From Acetobacteraceae bacterium (lineage in GTDB: Bacteria > Pseudomonadota > Alphaproteobacteria > Acetobacterales > Acetobacteraceae), in the NCBI GenBank assembly GCA_027487385.1, contig JAIYDS010000015.1, positions 282-64,281 on the forward strand: 64,000 nt of DNA, written 5' to 3'. Of this stretch, positions 30,341-39,657 are shown piece after piece (the stretch's first letter is position 1; each line of letters starts with the position of its first letter). The notes under the pieces are model-generated. The model saw only the letters and a list, made by a program, of their open reading frames with translations, had not been told where the DNA came from and did not search any database. Position numbers and translations under genes: made by a program.

Positions 30341-32404
30341 ATGGCACTTTCCCTCGGCATTGATATCGGCGGCACCTTCACCGACATCGTCCTGCATGAC
30401 CCCGATACGGGGCGCGCCACCATCTTCAAGGAAAGCACCACGCCGGATGACCCGGCCCGCGGCGCACTGATCGGCGCGCGGGAAGTGCTGAAGCGCGCCG
30501 GCCGCCAGGCTTCCGAGGTCGGCCGCGTGGTGCACGCCACCACGCTCTTCACCAATGCGCTGATCGAGCGCAAGGGGGCGCGCACCGGCCTGATCACCAC
30601 CCAGGGCTTCCGCGACGTGCTGGAGATCGGGCGGGAGCGCAAATACGAACTTTACGACATCTTCCTCACCATGCCGAAGCCGCTGGTGCCGCGCCCCTGG
30701 CGGCGCGAGGCGCGTGAGCGGCTGGCCCCGGATGGCACGGTCGAGGTGGCACTCGAACTGGATGCCGCGATGATCGAGGTCGCGGCGCTGGTGGCAGAGG
30801 GGGTGGAGAGCCTGGCCATCGTCTTCCTGCACGCCCATGTGAACCCGGCGCATGAGCGGGCGCTGGGCGCGGCCGTGGCGCAGCGCTTCCCGGGGCTTTC
30901 CCTCTCGCTCTCCTCCGATATCGCCCCGGAAATCCGCGAGTATTCCCGCGCCAGCACCACCACCGCCAATGCCTATGTGCGCCCATTGGCCGAGCGCTAC
31001 CTCGCCCGGATGGAGCAGGCCCTGCGGGAAGAAGGCATCCCGGGCGGGTTTTTCCTCATGCTCTCCAATGGCGGGCTGACCCATGTGGAGGAAGCGCGGC
31101 GCGCGCCCGTGCAATTGCTGGAATCCGGACCCGCCGCGGGGGCATTGGCGGGCGCCTGGTTCGGCCGTCAGGCCGGTCTGGACCGGGTGCTGGCCTTCGA
31201 TATGGGGGGCACCACGGCCAAGCTCGCGCTGGTGGATGATGGCGCGCCGCTGGTCGCCTGGGGGTTTGAAGCCGCGCGCGAAAAGCGCTTCCTGCGCGGC
31301 AGCGGCCTGCCCATGCAGATCGCGACCGTGGAACTCATCGAGATCGGCGCGGGCGGCGGCAGCATCGCGCGCGACAGCGGCCTGGGGACGCTGGCCGTGG
31401 GGCCGGAAAGTGCCGGCGCCGCGCCGGGCCCCGCCTGCTACGGACGCGGCGGGACCGAGCCCACCGTGACCGATGCGGATCTGACGCTGGGCCATCTCGA
31501 TGCCGGCTTCTTCCTGGGCGGCGAGATGCGGATTGACGCGGAACTCTCCCGCGCCGCCCTTGGCCGACTGGCCGCCCGGCTCGGGGTTGCGTCCGAGCGC
31601 GCGGCGGGCGGCGTGCATGATGTGGTGAATGAGAACATGGCGGGCGCCGCGCGCGTCGCCATCGCCGAGCGTGGGCGCGTGCCGCAGGACTACGCGCTGC
31701 TCGCCACGGGGGGCGCAGGGCCCGTGCATGCCTGGTCGGTCGCGCAGCGCCTGGGGATTGGACGCGTGGCCTGCCCGCCCGGCGCTGGTGCGGGCAGCAC
31801 CTTCGGCATGCTCATGGCGCCCGCGCGGGTGGATCGGGTGGCGCATCACGCGGCGCCGCTGGCCCGCGCCGATGCCGGGGAAATCCTGGCCATCCTGGCC
31901 GCGCTCGAGGCCGAGGGGCGGGCCGTGCTGTCGGCGACCGGCGCCGAGATGGATGCGCTGAGCGCCATTCGCCAGGCCGATATGCGCTATATCGGCCAGG
32001 GCAGCGAGCTCACCGTGCCGCTGCCGGAGGACCTCACGCCCGAGGCGCTGCGCACGCAATTCGAGGCCGCCTATCGGCGGCTTTTCGCGCGCACGCCACC
32101 CGGCGCGGCCATCGAATTCGTGGCGCTGCGGCTTTCGCTTTCGGCGCCCATGCCCGGCGCCGGAGGGCGGCTGGATCTGCCGCGCCACGCGCGCGGGAAC
32201 GCCCTGAAGGGCCATCGCCGCGTGGTGTTCGACGGCGTGGCGAGCGAAGCCGCCGTCTATGACCGCTATGCGCTGGAGCCGGGGGACAGCGTGAACGGCC
32301 CCGCCGTCTTCGAAGAAAACGAAAGCACCTTCGTCATCGGCCCCGGCGCCCGCGCGCGCGTGCTGCCCGATGGCACCATCCTGGCGGAGACCGACCCCGC
32401 ATGA
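30341..32404 (+). CDS. hydantoinase A/oxoprolinase family protein (copy 2)
   Basis: IDIGGTFTD, ESGPAAG, FDMGGTT, IGAGGGS, PGPACYG. Confidence 0.93.
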   Translation: MALSLGIDIGGTFTDIVLHDPDTGRATIFKESTTPDDPARGALIGAREVLKRAGRQASEVGRVVHATTLFTNALIERKGARTGLITTQGFRDVLEIGRERKYELYDIFLTMPKPLVPRPWRREARERLAPDGTVEVALELDAAMIEVAALVAEGVESLAIVFLHAHVNPAHERALGAAVAQRFPGLSLSLSSDIAPEIREYSRASTTTANAYVRPLAERYLARMEQALREEGIPGGFFLMLSNGGLTHVEEARRAPVQLLESGPAAGALAGAWFGRQAGLDRVLAFDMGGTTAKLALVDDGAPLVAWGFEAAREKRFLRGSGLPMQIATVELIEIGAGGGSIARDSGLGTLAVGPESAGAAPGPACYGRGGTEPTVTDADLTLGHLDAGFFLGGEMRIDAELSRAALGRLAARLGVASERAAGGVHDVVNENMAGAARVAIAERGRVPQDYALLATGGAGPVHAWSVAQRLGIGRVACPPGAGAGSTFGMLMAPARVDRVAHHAAPLARADAGEILAILAALEAEGRAVLSATGAEMDALSAIRQADMRYIGQGSELTVPLPEDLTPEALRTQFEAAYRRLFARTPPGAAIEFVALRLSLSAPMPGAGGRLDLPRHARGNALKGHRRVVFDGVASEAAVYDRYALEPGDSVNGPAVFEENESTFVIGPGARARVLPDGTILAETDPA

Positions 32405-33951
32405 GCCGCACCTTCGACGCGATCGAACTGGAACTCCTCTGGCGGCGGCTGATCTCGCTGGTGGATGAGGCGGCGGCGGCCCTGGTCCGCACCAGCTTCT
32501 CCACCCTGGTGCGCGAGAGCTACGACTTCTCCTGCATCGTCACCGATGCGCGGGGCGAGAGCCTGGTGCAGGCGACGGAGAGCATCCCCTCCTTCATCGG
32601 CACACTGCCCGCCACCGTGAAGCACTTCCTGCGCTTCTTCCCGGAGGAGACGCTGGAGCCGGGCGATGTGCTGGTGACCAACGACCTCTGGATGGGCACG
32701 GGCCATCTGCCCGATATCACCGTGGCCAAGCCCATCTTCCTGGATGGGCGCCTCGTGGCCTTCAGCGCCTCCACGGCCCATGCGCCCGATATCGGCGGCA
32801 AGATCCGCAGCCCCGAGCCGCGCGAGGTCTTCGAGGAAGGGCTGCAGATCCCGCCGCTGAAGCTGATGCGGCGCGGTGAGGCGGATGCCACACTGGTCGC
32901 GATCCTGCGGCAGAATGTCCGCACGCCCGACCAGACGCTGGGCGATCTCTGGGCGCAGGTCGTCGCACTCGACGTGATGGAGGAGCGGCTGCTGCACCTC
33001 ATGCGCGGCCATGGCCTGCATGACCTGACCGAGCTGGCGCGCGAAATCCAGGGCCGCTGCGAAACGGCGATGCGCTCAGCCATCCGCGCGTTGCCCGACG
33101 GAACCTATCACAGCGCGTTGCAGACCGACGGGATTCTCGACACGCCGATCACGCTGCGCATGGCGCTGACCATTCGCGGTGACGAGATCACCATGGATTT
33201 CACCGGCACCGATGCGCAGGTGGACCGGGCGATCAACTGCGCCATGTGCTACACCTATGCCATGTGCATGTATGGCGTGAAGGTCTGCACGGAGCCGCAT
33301 CTGCCCAACAATGAAGGCGCCTTCCGCGCCATCACCGTCACCGCGCCGCCGGGCTGCATCGTCAATCCGGTGTTCCCGGCCTCGGGTGGCTCACGCATGT
33401 TGATCGGGCATTACCTGCCCATGCTCGTCTTTGGATGCCTGGGCCAGGTGGTGCCCGAGCGCGTGATGGCCGCCTGCGGCTCGCCCATGTGGGGGATGAA
33501 CCAGTCCGGCGTGCGGGCGGATGGGAAGCCCTATGCGAACATGTTCTTCTACAATGGCGGAATGGGCGCCAATCATCAGGGCGATGGCATCGCCTGCCTC
33601 TCCTGGCCCTCCAATGTCTCCTCCACCAGCATCGAGGTGAGTGAGCACATCGCGCCGCTGCGCTTCCACCACAAGAAGCTGCGTGAGGAGAGCGGCGGCC
33701 CGGGCGCGCGGCGCGGCGGGATGGGGCAGGACATTCTCATCGAGGTCCGAAGCCCGACGCCCATCGCCGTCTCCTTCCTCGCGGAGCGCACCCTGATCCC
33801 CGCCTTTGGCATCGAGGGTGGCGGCGCGGGGGCCACCGGCGCCCTGCATATCAATGGGGAGAAGGTGGACCCGAAGCGGCAATATGTGCTGCGCGCGGGC
33901 GAAACGATCCAGCTTTCCACCCCCGGTGGCGGCGGCCACGGCGCGGCCTGA
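32401..33951 (+). CDS. hydantoinase B/oxoprolinase family protein (copy 2)
   Basis: SFSTLVRESYDF, TNDLWMGTGHLPD, AHAPDIGG, TPGGGGHG. Confidence 0.92.
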   Translation: MSRTFDAIELELLWRRLISLVDEAAAALVRTSFSTLVRESYDFSCIVTDARGESLVQATESIPSFIGTLPATVKHFLRFFPEETLEPGDVLVTNDLWMGTGHLPDITVAKPIFLDGRLVAFSASTAHAPDIGGKIRSPEPREVFEEGLQIPPLKLMRRGEADATLVAILRQNVRTPDQTLGDLWAQVVALDVMEERLLHLMRGHGLHDLTELAREIQGRCETAMRSAIRALPDGTYHSALQTDGILDTPITLRMALTIRGDEITMDFTGTDAQVDRAINCAMCYTYAMCMYGVKVCTEPHLPNNEGAFRAITVTAPPGCIVNPVFPASGGSRMLIGHYLPMLVFGCLGQVVPERVMAACGSPMWGMNQSGVRADGKPYANMFFYNGGMGANHQGDGIACLSWPSNVSSTSIEVSEHIAPLRFHHKKLREESGGPGARRGGMGQDILIEVRSPTPIAVSFLAERTLIPAFGIEGGGAGATGALHINGEKVDPKRQYVLRAGETIQLSTPGGGGHGAA

Positions 33952-34156
33952 TCGGCCATTCGGCGGGGAAAAGGGGATCCAGGTGGCGAAGGGTTCAGGC
34001 CCGGCCGCCACCAGACCGGATATCCGCCGAACGCGCTGACCGAAGTTCCTGAACCGCCTCTCCGCGCATGGCGAAGCGCCAGCACCTGCCGCATAGTGAG
34101 CCCAAGGCGCCGCACCGGCCTAAGCTCCGGGCCAGGCGGCGCCACGGAGGAAACCG

Positions 34157-34183
34157 ATGTCGCATGGCAGGCTGCGCCCATGA
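34157..34183 (+). other. short upstream ORF (MSHGRLRP*) overlapping the MFS start
   Basis: GGAGG at 34146-34150, ATG at 34157, TGA at 34181-34183 overlapping the MFS ATG (ATGA). Confidence 0.35.
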
Positions 34184-35451
34184 AGGCGCCTGCGCCCGAG
34201 CCTGACTCCGCGCCGCAGCGGCCTGCCCGTGCCGGCACCTCGCCCTTCAGCCAGCGCAATTTCCGCTTCCAATGGCCCTCGGATCTCGCGGTGTCCTGGG
34301 CCTTCGAGATGGAGACGCTGCTCCTCGCCTGGTTCGTGCTGGTCGAGACGGGCTCGGTCATCTGGCTCACCGCCTTCGGCGCGCTGCAATTCATCGGCAC
34401 GCTGATCTCGCCGCTTTATGGCGTGGCGGGGGACCGGCTGGGACAGCGGCGCGTGCTCTCCTGCATGCGGGCGGCCTATGTGGCGCAGGCCGCCTGCATC
34501 GCCGCCCTGGCACTCAGCGGCCAGTTGAGCGTGGTGGCGGTCTTCATCGTGGCCTTCTTCATGGGGCTGGTGCGGCCCTCCGATATCGGTGTGCGCAACG
34601 CGCTCATCGCCGCCACCATGCCTGCCCCCCTGCTGGCCAGGGCCATCGGCATCGAGCGCGTCAGCATGGATGGCGCGCGCGTCGTGGGGGCACTGACGGG
34701 CGCGGGCATCGTGGCCCTGCTCGGGATGGGCCAGGCCTATGTGGTGGTGGCGGTGCTCTATCTCGTCAGCCTCGCGCTCACCTTTGGAATTCGCGAACCC
34801 CCGAGGGATGCCGGCGCCCGCACGCCGGCCTCGATCACCGCCATCTGGCAGGAGCTGGGCGCGGGCGTCGCCTATGCGCGAACGACGCCCACGCTGATGG
34901 CGGCCTTGTTCCTCGCCTGCCTCGCCAATTTCGCCGCCTATCCGCTGACGGGCGGCCTGCTGCCGCATGTCGCGCGCGAGGTGTATAAGATTGATCAGAC
35001 TGGCCTGGGCACGCTTTTCGCCTGCTTTTCGGGGGGCGCCGTCCTGGGCTCGCTGCTCGTCAGCCTGGGCGGCGTCGGGCCGCAGCCGGCCCGGGTGATG
35101 ATGGCATCGGCCGGGCTGTGGTTCGCCTTCCTGCTGGTCTTTGCGCAGGTGGAGAGCGTGGTGATTGGCATGGCGCTGCTGATGATCACGGGCTTCCTGC
35201 AGAGCCTCTGCATGGTTCCGATGTCGGTGCTGCTCCTGCGCATCACCGCGCCGGCCTTTCGCGGGCGGGTGATGGGCCTGCGGATGCTCGCCATCTACGG
35301 GCTGCCGGTGGGGCTTCTGCTGACCGGGCTTGGCATCGCGAAGATCGGCTTCGCCGCCACGGCGAGCCTCTTCGCCGGCTTCGGGCTGCTGGCGACGCTG
35401 GCCATCGCCTGGCATTGGCGCGCCGCGCTCTGGCGGGTGCCGACACCGTGA
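34180..35451 (+). CDS. MFS transporter
   Basis: About 12 hydrophobic segments; motif A GVAGDRLGQRRVL; FRGRVMG. Confidence 0.88.
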   Translation: MKAPAPEPDSAPQRPARAGTSPFSQRNFRFQWPSDLAVSWAFEMETLLLAWFVLVETGSVIWLTAFGALQFIGTLISPLYGVAGDRLGQRRVLSCMRAAYVAQAACIAALALSGQLSVVAVFIVAFFMGLVRPSDIGVRNALIAATMPAPLLARAIGIERVSMDGARVVGALTGAGIVALLGMGQAYVVVAVLYLVSLALTFGIREPPRDAGARTPASITAIWQELGAGVAYARTTPTLMAALFLACLANFAAYPLTGGLLPHVAREVYKIDQTGLGTLFACFSGGAVLGSLLVSLGGVGPQPARVMMASAGLWFAFLLVFAQVESVVIGMALLMITGFLQSLCMVPMSVLLLRITAPAFRGRVMGLRMLAIYGLPVGLLLTGLGIAKIGFAATASLFAGFGLLATLAIAWHWRAALWRVPTP

Positions 35452-35680
35452 TGACGTGGAACCAGCCCCACCGGCCCTGCCCGATCATCGGCGCTTCTCT
35501 GCTCCCCCCGCCACGGCAAGGGGGCCGATGCCAAGCATGCGCCGCACCCAGGGCCGGTTTCGCCGCAAACCCATCCAGCCCACCCTCGCTCCGGCGCGAG
35601 GTGTTGACCGCATGCCGGGCGGCTGCACACTGCGCCTAAACCCCGCCAGCGGGTTTCAGGCCTTGCACAAGGGAGACAAC

Positions 35681-37423
35681 ATGCGCCACCGGATCCCACT
35701 TCGCCCGCGGCTGGCCGCTGCCAGCCTCGGCCTCCTCGCCTTCTCCCTGGCCGGCCTGGCCAGCGGCAGGCAGCCCTCCGCAGCGCCGCAACTCACGCCG
35801 GCGACCCCTGCCAGCTTCACCGGCGATTGCGCGAGCCTCGGGCCCATCCTGGCCGGCATACCCGGCACCACCATCACATCCACCGCCACCGTGGCCGAAG
35901 GCGGCGTCGTGGTCGGGGGGCGCCAGGTGGAAGGGCGGCGCGTCGGCGGGCAGCCGGTCGCCGCGCATTGCCGCATTCTCGGCACGGTGAATGAGCGAGT
36001 CAGCCCGGTGGATGGCCGCGCCTACGGCATTGATTTCGAGATGCGCCTGCCGCTGCAATGGAATGGCCGCTTCTTCCACCAGGGCAATGGCGGGCTGGAC
36101 GGCTCGGTGCTGCCGGCGCTGGCCGAGTTCGGCGGCGGGCCCATCACCGGCGGCCTGCACCAGGGTTTCGCGGTGCTGAGCTCCAATGCCGGCAACCGTG
36201 ACCGCGGCGAGGCGAATTTCGGCGCCGATCCGCAGGCGCGGCTGGACTATGGCTACCAGGCTGTCGGCAGCCTGACGCCGGTGGCGCGCGAGATCATCCG
36301 CCGCGTCTATGGCAAGCTGCCGGACCGGTCCTATTTCGGCGGCTGCTCCAATGGCGGTCGCCACGCGATGGTCGCGGCGACGCGCTATGCGCAATGGTAT
36401 GACGGCATCCTGGCCGGCGCGCCGGCCTTCACGCTGCCTCTCTCCTCGGCCGCGCAACTCTGGGGCGCGCAGCGCTATCTGAGCGTGGCGACGGATCCGG
36501 CCAACCTCGCCACCGCCTTCACCCCGGCCGAGCGGCAGATGGTGGCACGGGCCATCCTGAACCGCTGCGATGCGCTGGATGGCGCGACGGATGGCATGGT
36601 GCAGGACACGCGGGGCTGCCAGTCGGCCTTCGACCTGCAACGCGACGTGCCCACCTGCACCGGCGCGCGTGACGGCACCTGCCTGACCCAGGCGCAGAAG
36701 GATGTGATCGGCGCGATTTATCGCGGCGCCGTCCTGCCCGATGGCCGCCGCGTCTATTCCAGCTTCCCCTTCGATCCCGGCCTGACCGCGGCGAACTGGG
36801 CCCTCTGGGAATTCACCTTGCCCGAGGCCCGCAGCGCCTTCTCGGTCGGCATGGTCGTCAAGGCGCCGCCGGAGGTCATGGCGGGCTTCGACCGCCGGGC
36901 CTTCGCCATGCGCCCGCTGGAGACGCTCGCCGGCTACGCGACCAGCACCACGCCGCAATACCCGGTGCCGGCGATGAGCTTCATGAACCCGGTCAACCCC
37001 ACCGACATGTCCGCGCTGCGCGACCGCGGCGGCCGCGTGCTGGTCTATCACGGCGTCTCGGATGCGGTGTTCTCGGTCCACACCTCGATCGAATGGTTCC
37101 GCGCGCTGGATGCCGCGCAGGGCGGCACGGCGGCGCAGTTCGCGCGCGTCTTCCCTGTGCCGGGCATGGCCCATTGCGCGTTCGGGCCCGCGACCGACCA
37201 GTTCGACGCGCTGACGCCGCTGGTGCGCTGGGTGGAGGAGGGCATCGCGCCCGAGCGGATCATCGCCAGCGCGCGCGGGCCGGGCAATCCGGGGGCGCTG
37301 AATGCCGAATTGCCGGCCGAATGGGCGCCCAACCGCACCCGCCCGCTCTGCCCCTATCCGCGCGTGGCGCGCTTCGTGCCGGGCGGCAACCTGGAGGATG
37401 CCGAGAGCTTCGCCTGCCAATAG
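35681..37423 (+). CDS. tannase/feruloyl esterase family alpha/beta hydrolase, secreted
   Basis: N-terminal signal peptide; GNGG, GCSNGG nucleophile elbow, HGVSD, GMAHC (CS-D-HC signature), RPLCPYP. Confidence 0.92.
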   Translation: MRHRIPLRPRLAAASLGLLAFSLAGLASGRQPSAAPQLTPATPASFTGDCASLGPILAGIPGTTITSTATVAEGGVVVGGRQVEGRRVGGQPVAAHCRILGTVNERVSPVDGRAYGIDFEMRLPLQWNGRFFHQGNGGLDGSVLPALAEFGGGPITGGLHQGFAVLSSNAGNRDRGEANFGADPQARLDYGYQAVGSLTPVAREIIRRVYGKLPDRSYFGGCSNGGRHAMVAATRYAQWYDGILAGAPAFTLPLSSAAQLWGAQRYLSVATDPANLATAFTPAERQMVARAILNRCDALDGATDGMVQDTRGCQSAFDLQRDVPTCTGARDGTCLTQAQKDVIGAIYRGAVLPDGRRVYSSFPFDPGLTAANWALWEFTLPEARSAFSVGMVVKAPPEVMAGFDRRAFAMRPLETLAGYATSTTPQYPVPAMSFMNPVNPTDMSALRDRGGRVLVYHGVSDAVFSVHTSIEWFRALDAAQGGTAAQFARVFPVPGMAHCAFGPATDQFDALTPLVRWVEEGIAPERIIASARGPGNPGALNAELPAEWAPNRTRPLCPYPRVARFVPGGNLEDAESFACQ

Positions 37424-37568
37424 GCGGCGCGCCAGACTGCCGGCGAACCCGGCCTTTCGGAGGCGCCAAATGCCAGCCTGGCTCGTCCGGCTGGCTCTGG
37501 TCCATTTGCGGTGCGTGGCACGGAAGCGCCGCCAAGCATCGCCTCTGGCGGTCAATTGCGGGCGCGGA

Positions 37569-38507
37569 TCAGATCGGTTCCCCCCGCCCGCGCCCGCCGG
37601 CCAATGCCGGCGCACCCCCCGCGAGCCCGCCCCCGGCATCGCTGGCCGCCTCCTCGACCAACCAATCGGCGAAGAGCTGCAAGGACGGGCTGATCCGCCC
37701 CGGCGGAAGCACGAGCCAATAGCCATCCCCCGTCATGGCCGGCGCCTCGGAGAGGGCCTGCAGGCGGCCGCTGCGCAACTCGTCCTGCACGAAGCCGGGC
37801 GGGCAGATCACCACACCCAGCCCTTCGAGCGCTGCCTGGATCGCCAGCGTCGTGCTCTCGAAGAGCAGCGGCACGGGAGGGTCAGGCAGCCCTGCATGCC
37901 GGTGCCAGATGGCCCAGTCGCGCGCCCGCACCTTGCTGCCCAACAAGCGGGCGCCTTGAAGATGCCCGGCCGCCGCCAGCCCCGGCGCGGCAAAGGGTGC
38001 GATCATCACCGGCTGAAGCGGCAGCAGCGTCGGTGAAGCGGGCGCATCCAGCGGCGCCGTCCGGACGGCCGCATCCACACCCTCACGCGCCAGGTCCACG
38101 GGCGCGGTGGAGGTGTTCACCTCCACATCCATGCTGGGATGGCGGCGCTTGAAATCGGCGAGGCGCGGGATCAGCCAGCGCAGCGCCCAGGTGGTATAGG
38201 CGCGGATGCGCAGAGGCGGCGTCTGCGCCTGCAACTCGCGCATCGCGGCGTTGATCTGCGCGAATCCCCCGCGCAGCGCCTCGGCGAAGCGCTGGCCCTG
38301 CTCGGTCAGGCGCAGCGCATTGGGACCACGGCGCACCAGGGGGCAGCCCAATTCTTCCTCCAATTCGCGCAGGCGCCGGCTCACGGCGGGCGGGGTGACG
38401 CGAAGTGCGGCGGCCGCGGCGGCGACGCTGCCGCTCTCGGCGATCACATGGAAGGCCCACAGGCTTTGCAGCGGCGGGCTTTGCAGGGGTCGGGCGCGTG
38501 GGAGCAT
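37569..38507 (-). CDS. LysR family transcriptional regulator (GcvA-like)
   Basis: PPLQSLWAF...AAAALRVTPPAVSRRLRELEEELG HTH; WLIPRLADF substrate-binding domain. Confidence 0.9.
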   Translation of the reverse strand: MLPRARPLQSPPLQSLWAFHVIAESGSVAAAAAALRVTPPAVSRRLRELEEELGCPLVRRGPNALRLTEQGQRFAEALRGGFAQINAAMRELQAQTPPLRIRAYTTWALRWLIPRLADFKRRHPSMDVEVNTSTAPVDLAREGVDAAVRTAPLDAPASPTLLPLQPVMIAPFAAPGLAAAGHLQGARLLGSKVRARDWAIWHRHAGLPDPPVPLLFESTTLAIQAALEGLGVVICPPGFVQDELRSGRLQALSEAPAMTGDGYWLVLPPGRISPSLQLFADWLVEEAASDAGGGLAGGAPALAGGRGRGEPI

Positions 38508-38630
38508 GCCGCACCGTAACACCAGCTTGGGGTAGCCCGAGAATCTTTGCGGCTTCCCGCTGAGCCGGGATCATGGGAGCCAAGCCTGGCGAGGGCCGGT
38601 TGCCGTGGCCAGCCAGAGGAAACATCCCCC

Positions 38631-38855
38631 ATGACGCGTCGATCGGCGCGCCTCGCCTGGCCCGGGCGCAGCGCCGCCCCTCATCTGGTCCTGAACGAGG
38701 TGCTGCCGGACCCCGAGATGCGCCGCCGCCTGATGGAGCATGGTGTGGATGAGATCACGCCCAGCCCCCAGTTCGAGGACCTCAATCGCTTTCTGGCCGA
38801 GGAGCGCGCCCGCTGGCGGCGCGTGGTGGAACGCGCACAACGGCGCATCGAATAG
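38631..38855 (+). pseudogene. internally deleted Bug/TctC remnant
   Basis: RBS plus MTRRSA-type start joined directly to a typical Bug C-terminus (LNEVLPDPEMRRRL...FLAEERARWRRVVERA); 74 aa versus about 320 for intact copies. Confidence 0.7.
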
Positions 38856-38868
38856 GGAGACCCAGATA

Positions 38869-39657
38869 ATGACCGACGACACCCCCATCCTGCTGACGCG
38901 CGCCGATGGCATCGCCACGCTGCGCATCAACCGCCCCGCCCGCCGCAACGCGATTGATGACGCGACGCGCGGCCTGATGATCGAGGCGCTGGAAAGCGCC
39001 GCGGCCGACCCCGCCGTGCGCGCCCTCATCGTCACCGGCACCGGCAGCGCCTTCTGCGCCGGCGGCGATGTGAGCGGCATGCAGCAGCGCCTGCAGGCCG
39101 CCCCGGAAGAGATCGCCTTCAATGGCTGGCGCCGGCAGGCGCGCACCCATCGTGCCGTGGCCCTGCTGCACAATTTCCCCAAGCCCACTATCGCCGCCGT
39201 GAACGGCGCCGCCGCCGGGCTCGGCTGTGACGTGGCGCTGTGCTGCGACTTCGTGGTGGCCGCCGAGAGCGCGCATTTCACCATGAGTTTCGTCACGCGC
39301 GGCCTCATCCCCGATGGCGGCGGCATGTATTTCCTGCCCCGGCGCGTGGGCCTCGCCCGCGCCAAGGAGCTGGTCTTCAGCGGCCGCCGTGTGGCCGCGG
39401 CCGAGGCGCTCAGCCTCTCCATGGTCGAGCGCGTGCTGCCCGATGCCGAGCTGCTCAGCGGCTGCGACGCCTGGGCGCGGGAGCTTTCGGCGGGCTCGCC
39501 CGTGGCGCTGTCGCTGGCGAAATCCGTGATGGACCGCTCGCTGGAGATGAGCTTCGAGGATGTGCTGGCCGAGGGCTCCAAGGCCCAGGCCATCTGCTAC
39601 ACCTCGGGCGAGCACCGCGCCTCGGTCGCCGCCTTCCTGGCGAAGACGGCGCGATGA
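38869..39657 (+). CDS. enoyl-CoA hydratase/isomerase family protein (PaaG-like)
   Basis: FCAGGDV, NGAAAGLGCDVAL, FVTRGLIPDGG. Confidence 0.9.
   Translation: MTDDTPILLTRADGIATLRINRPARRNAIDDATRGLMIEALESAAADPAVRALIVTGTGSAFCAGGDVSGMQQRLQAAPEEIAFNGWRRQARTHRAVALLHNFPKPTIAAVNGAAAGLGCDVALCCDFVVAAESAHFTMSFVTRGLIPDGGGMYFLPRRVGLARAKELVFSGRRVAAAEALSLSMVERVLPDAELLSGCDAWARELSAGSPVALSLAKSVMDRSLEMSFEDVLAEGSKAQAICYTSGEHRASVAAFLAKTAR

Noticed and set aside
35681-37423. Calling the esterase MHETase
   Set aside because: It shares only the family signature; no terephthalate catabolic genes or PETase are in the window.
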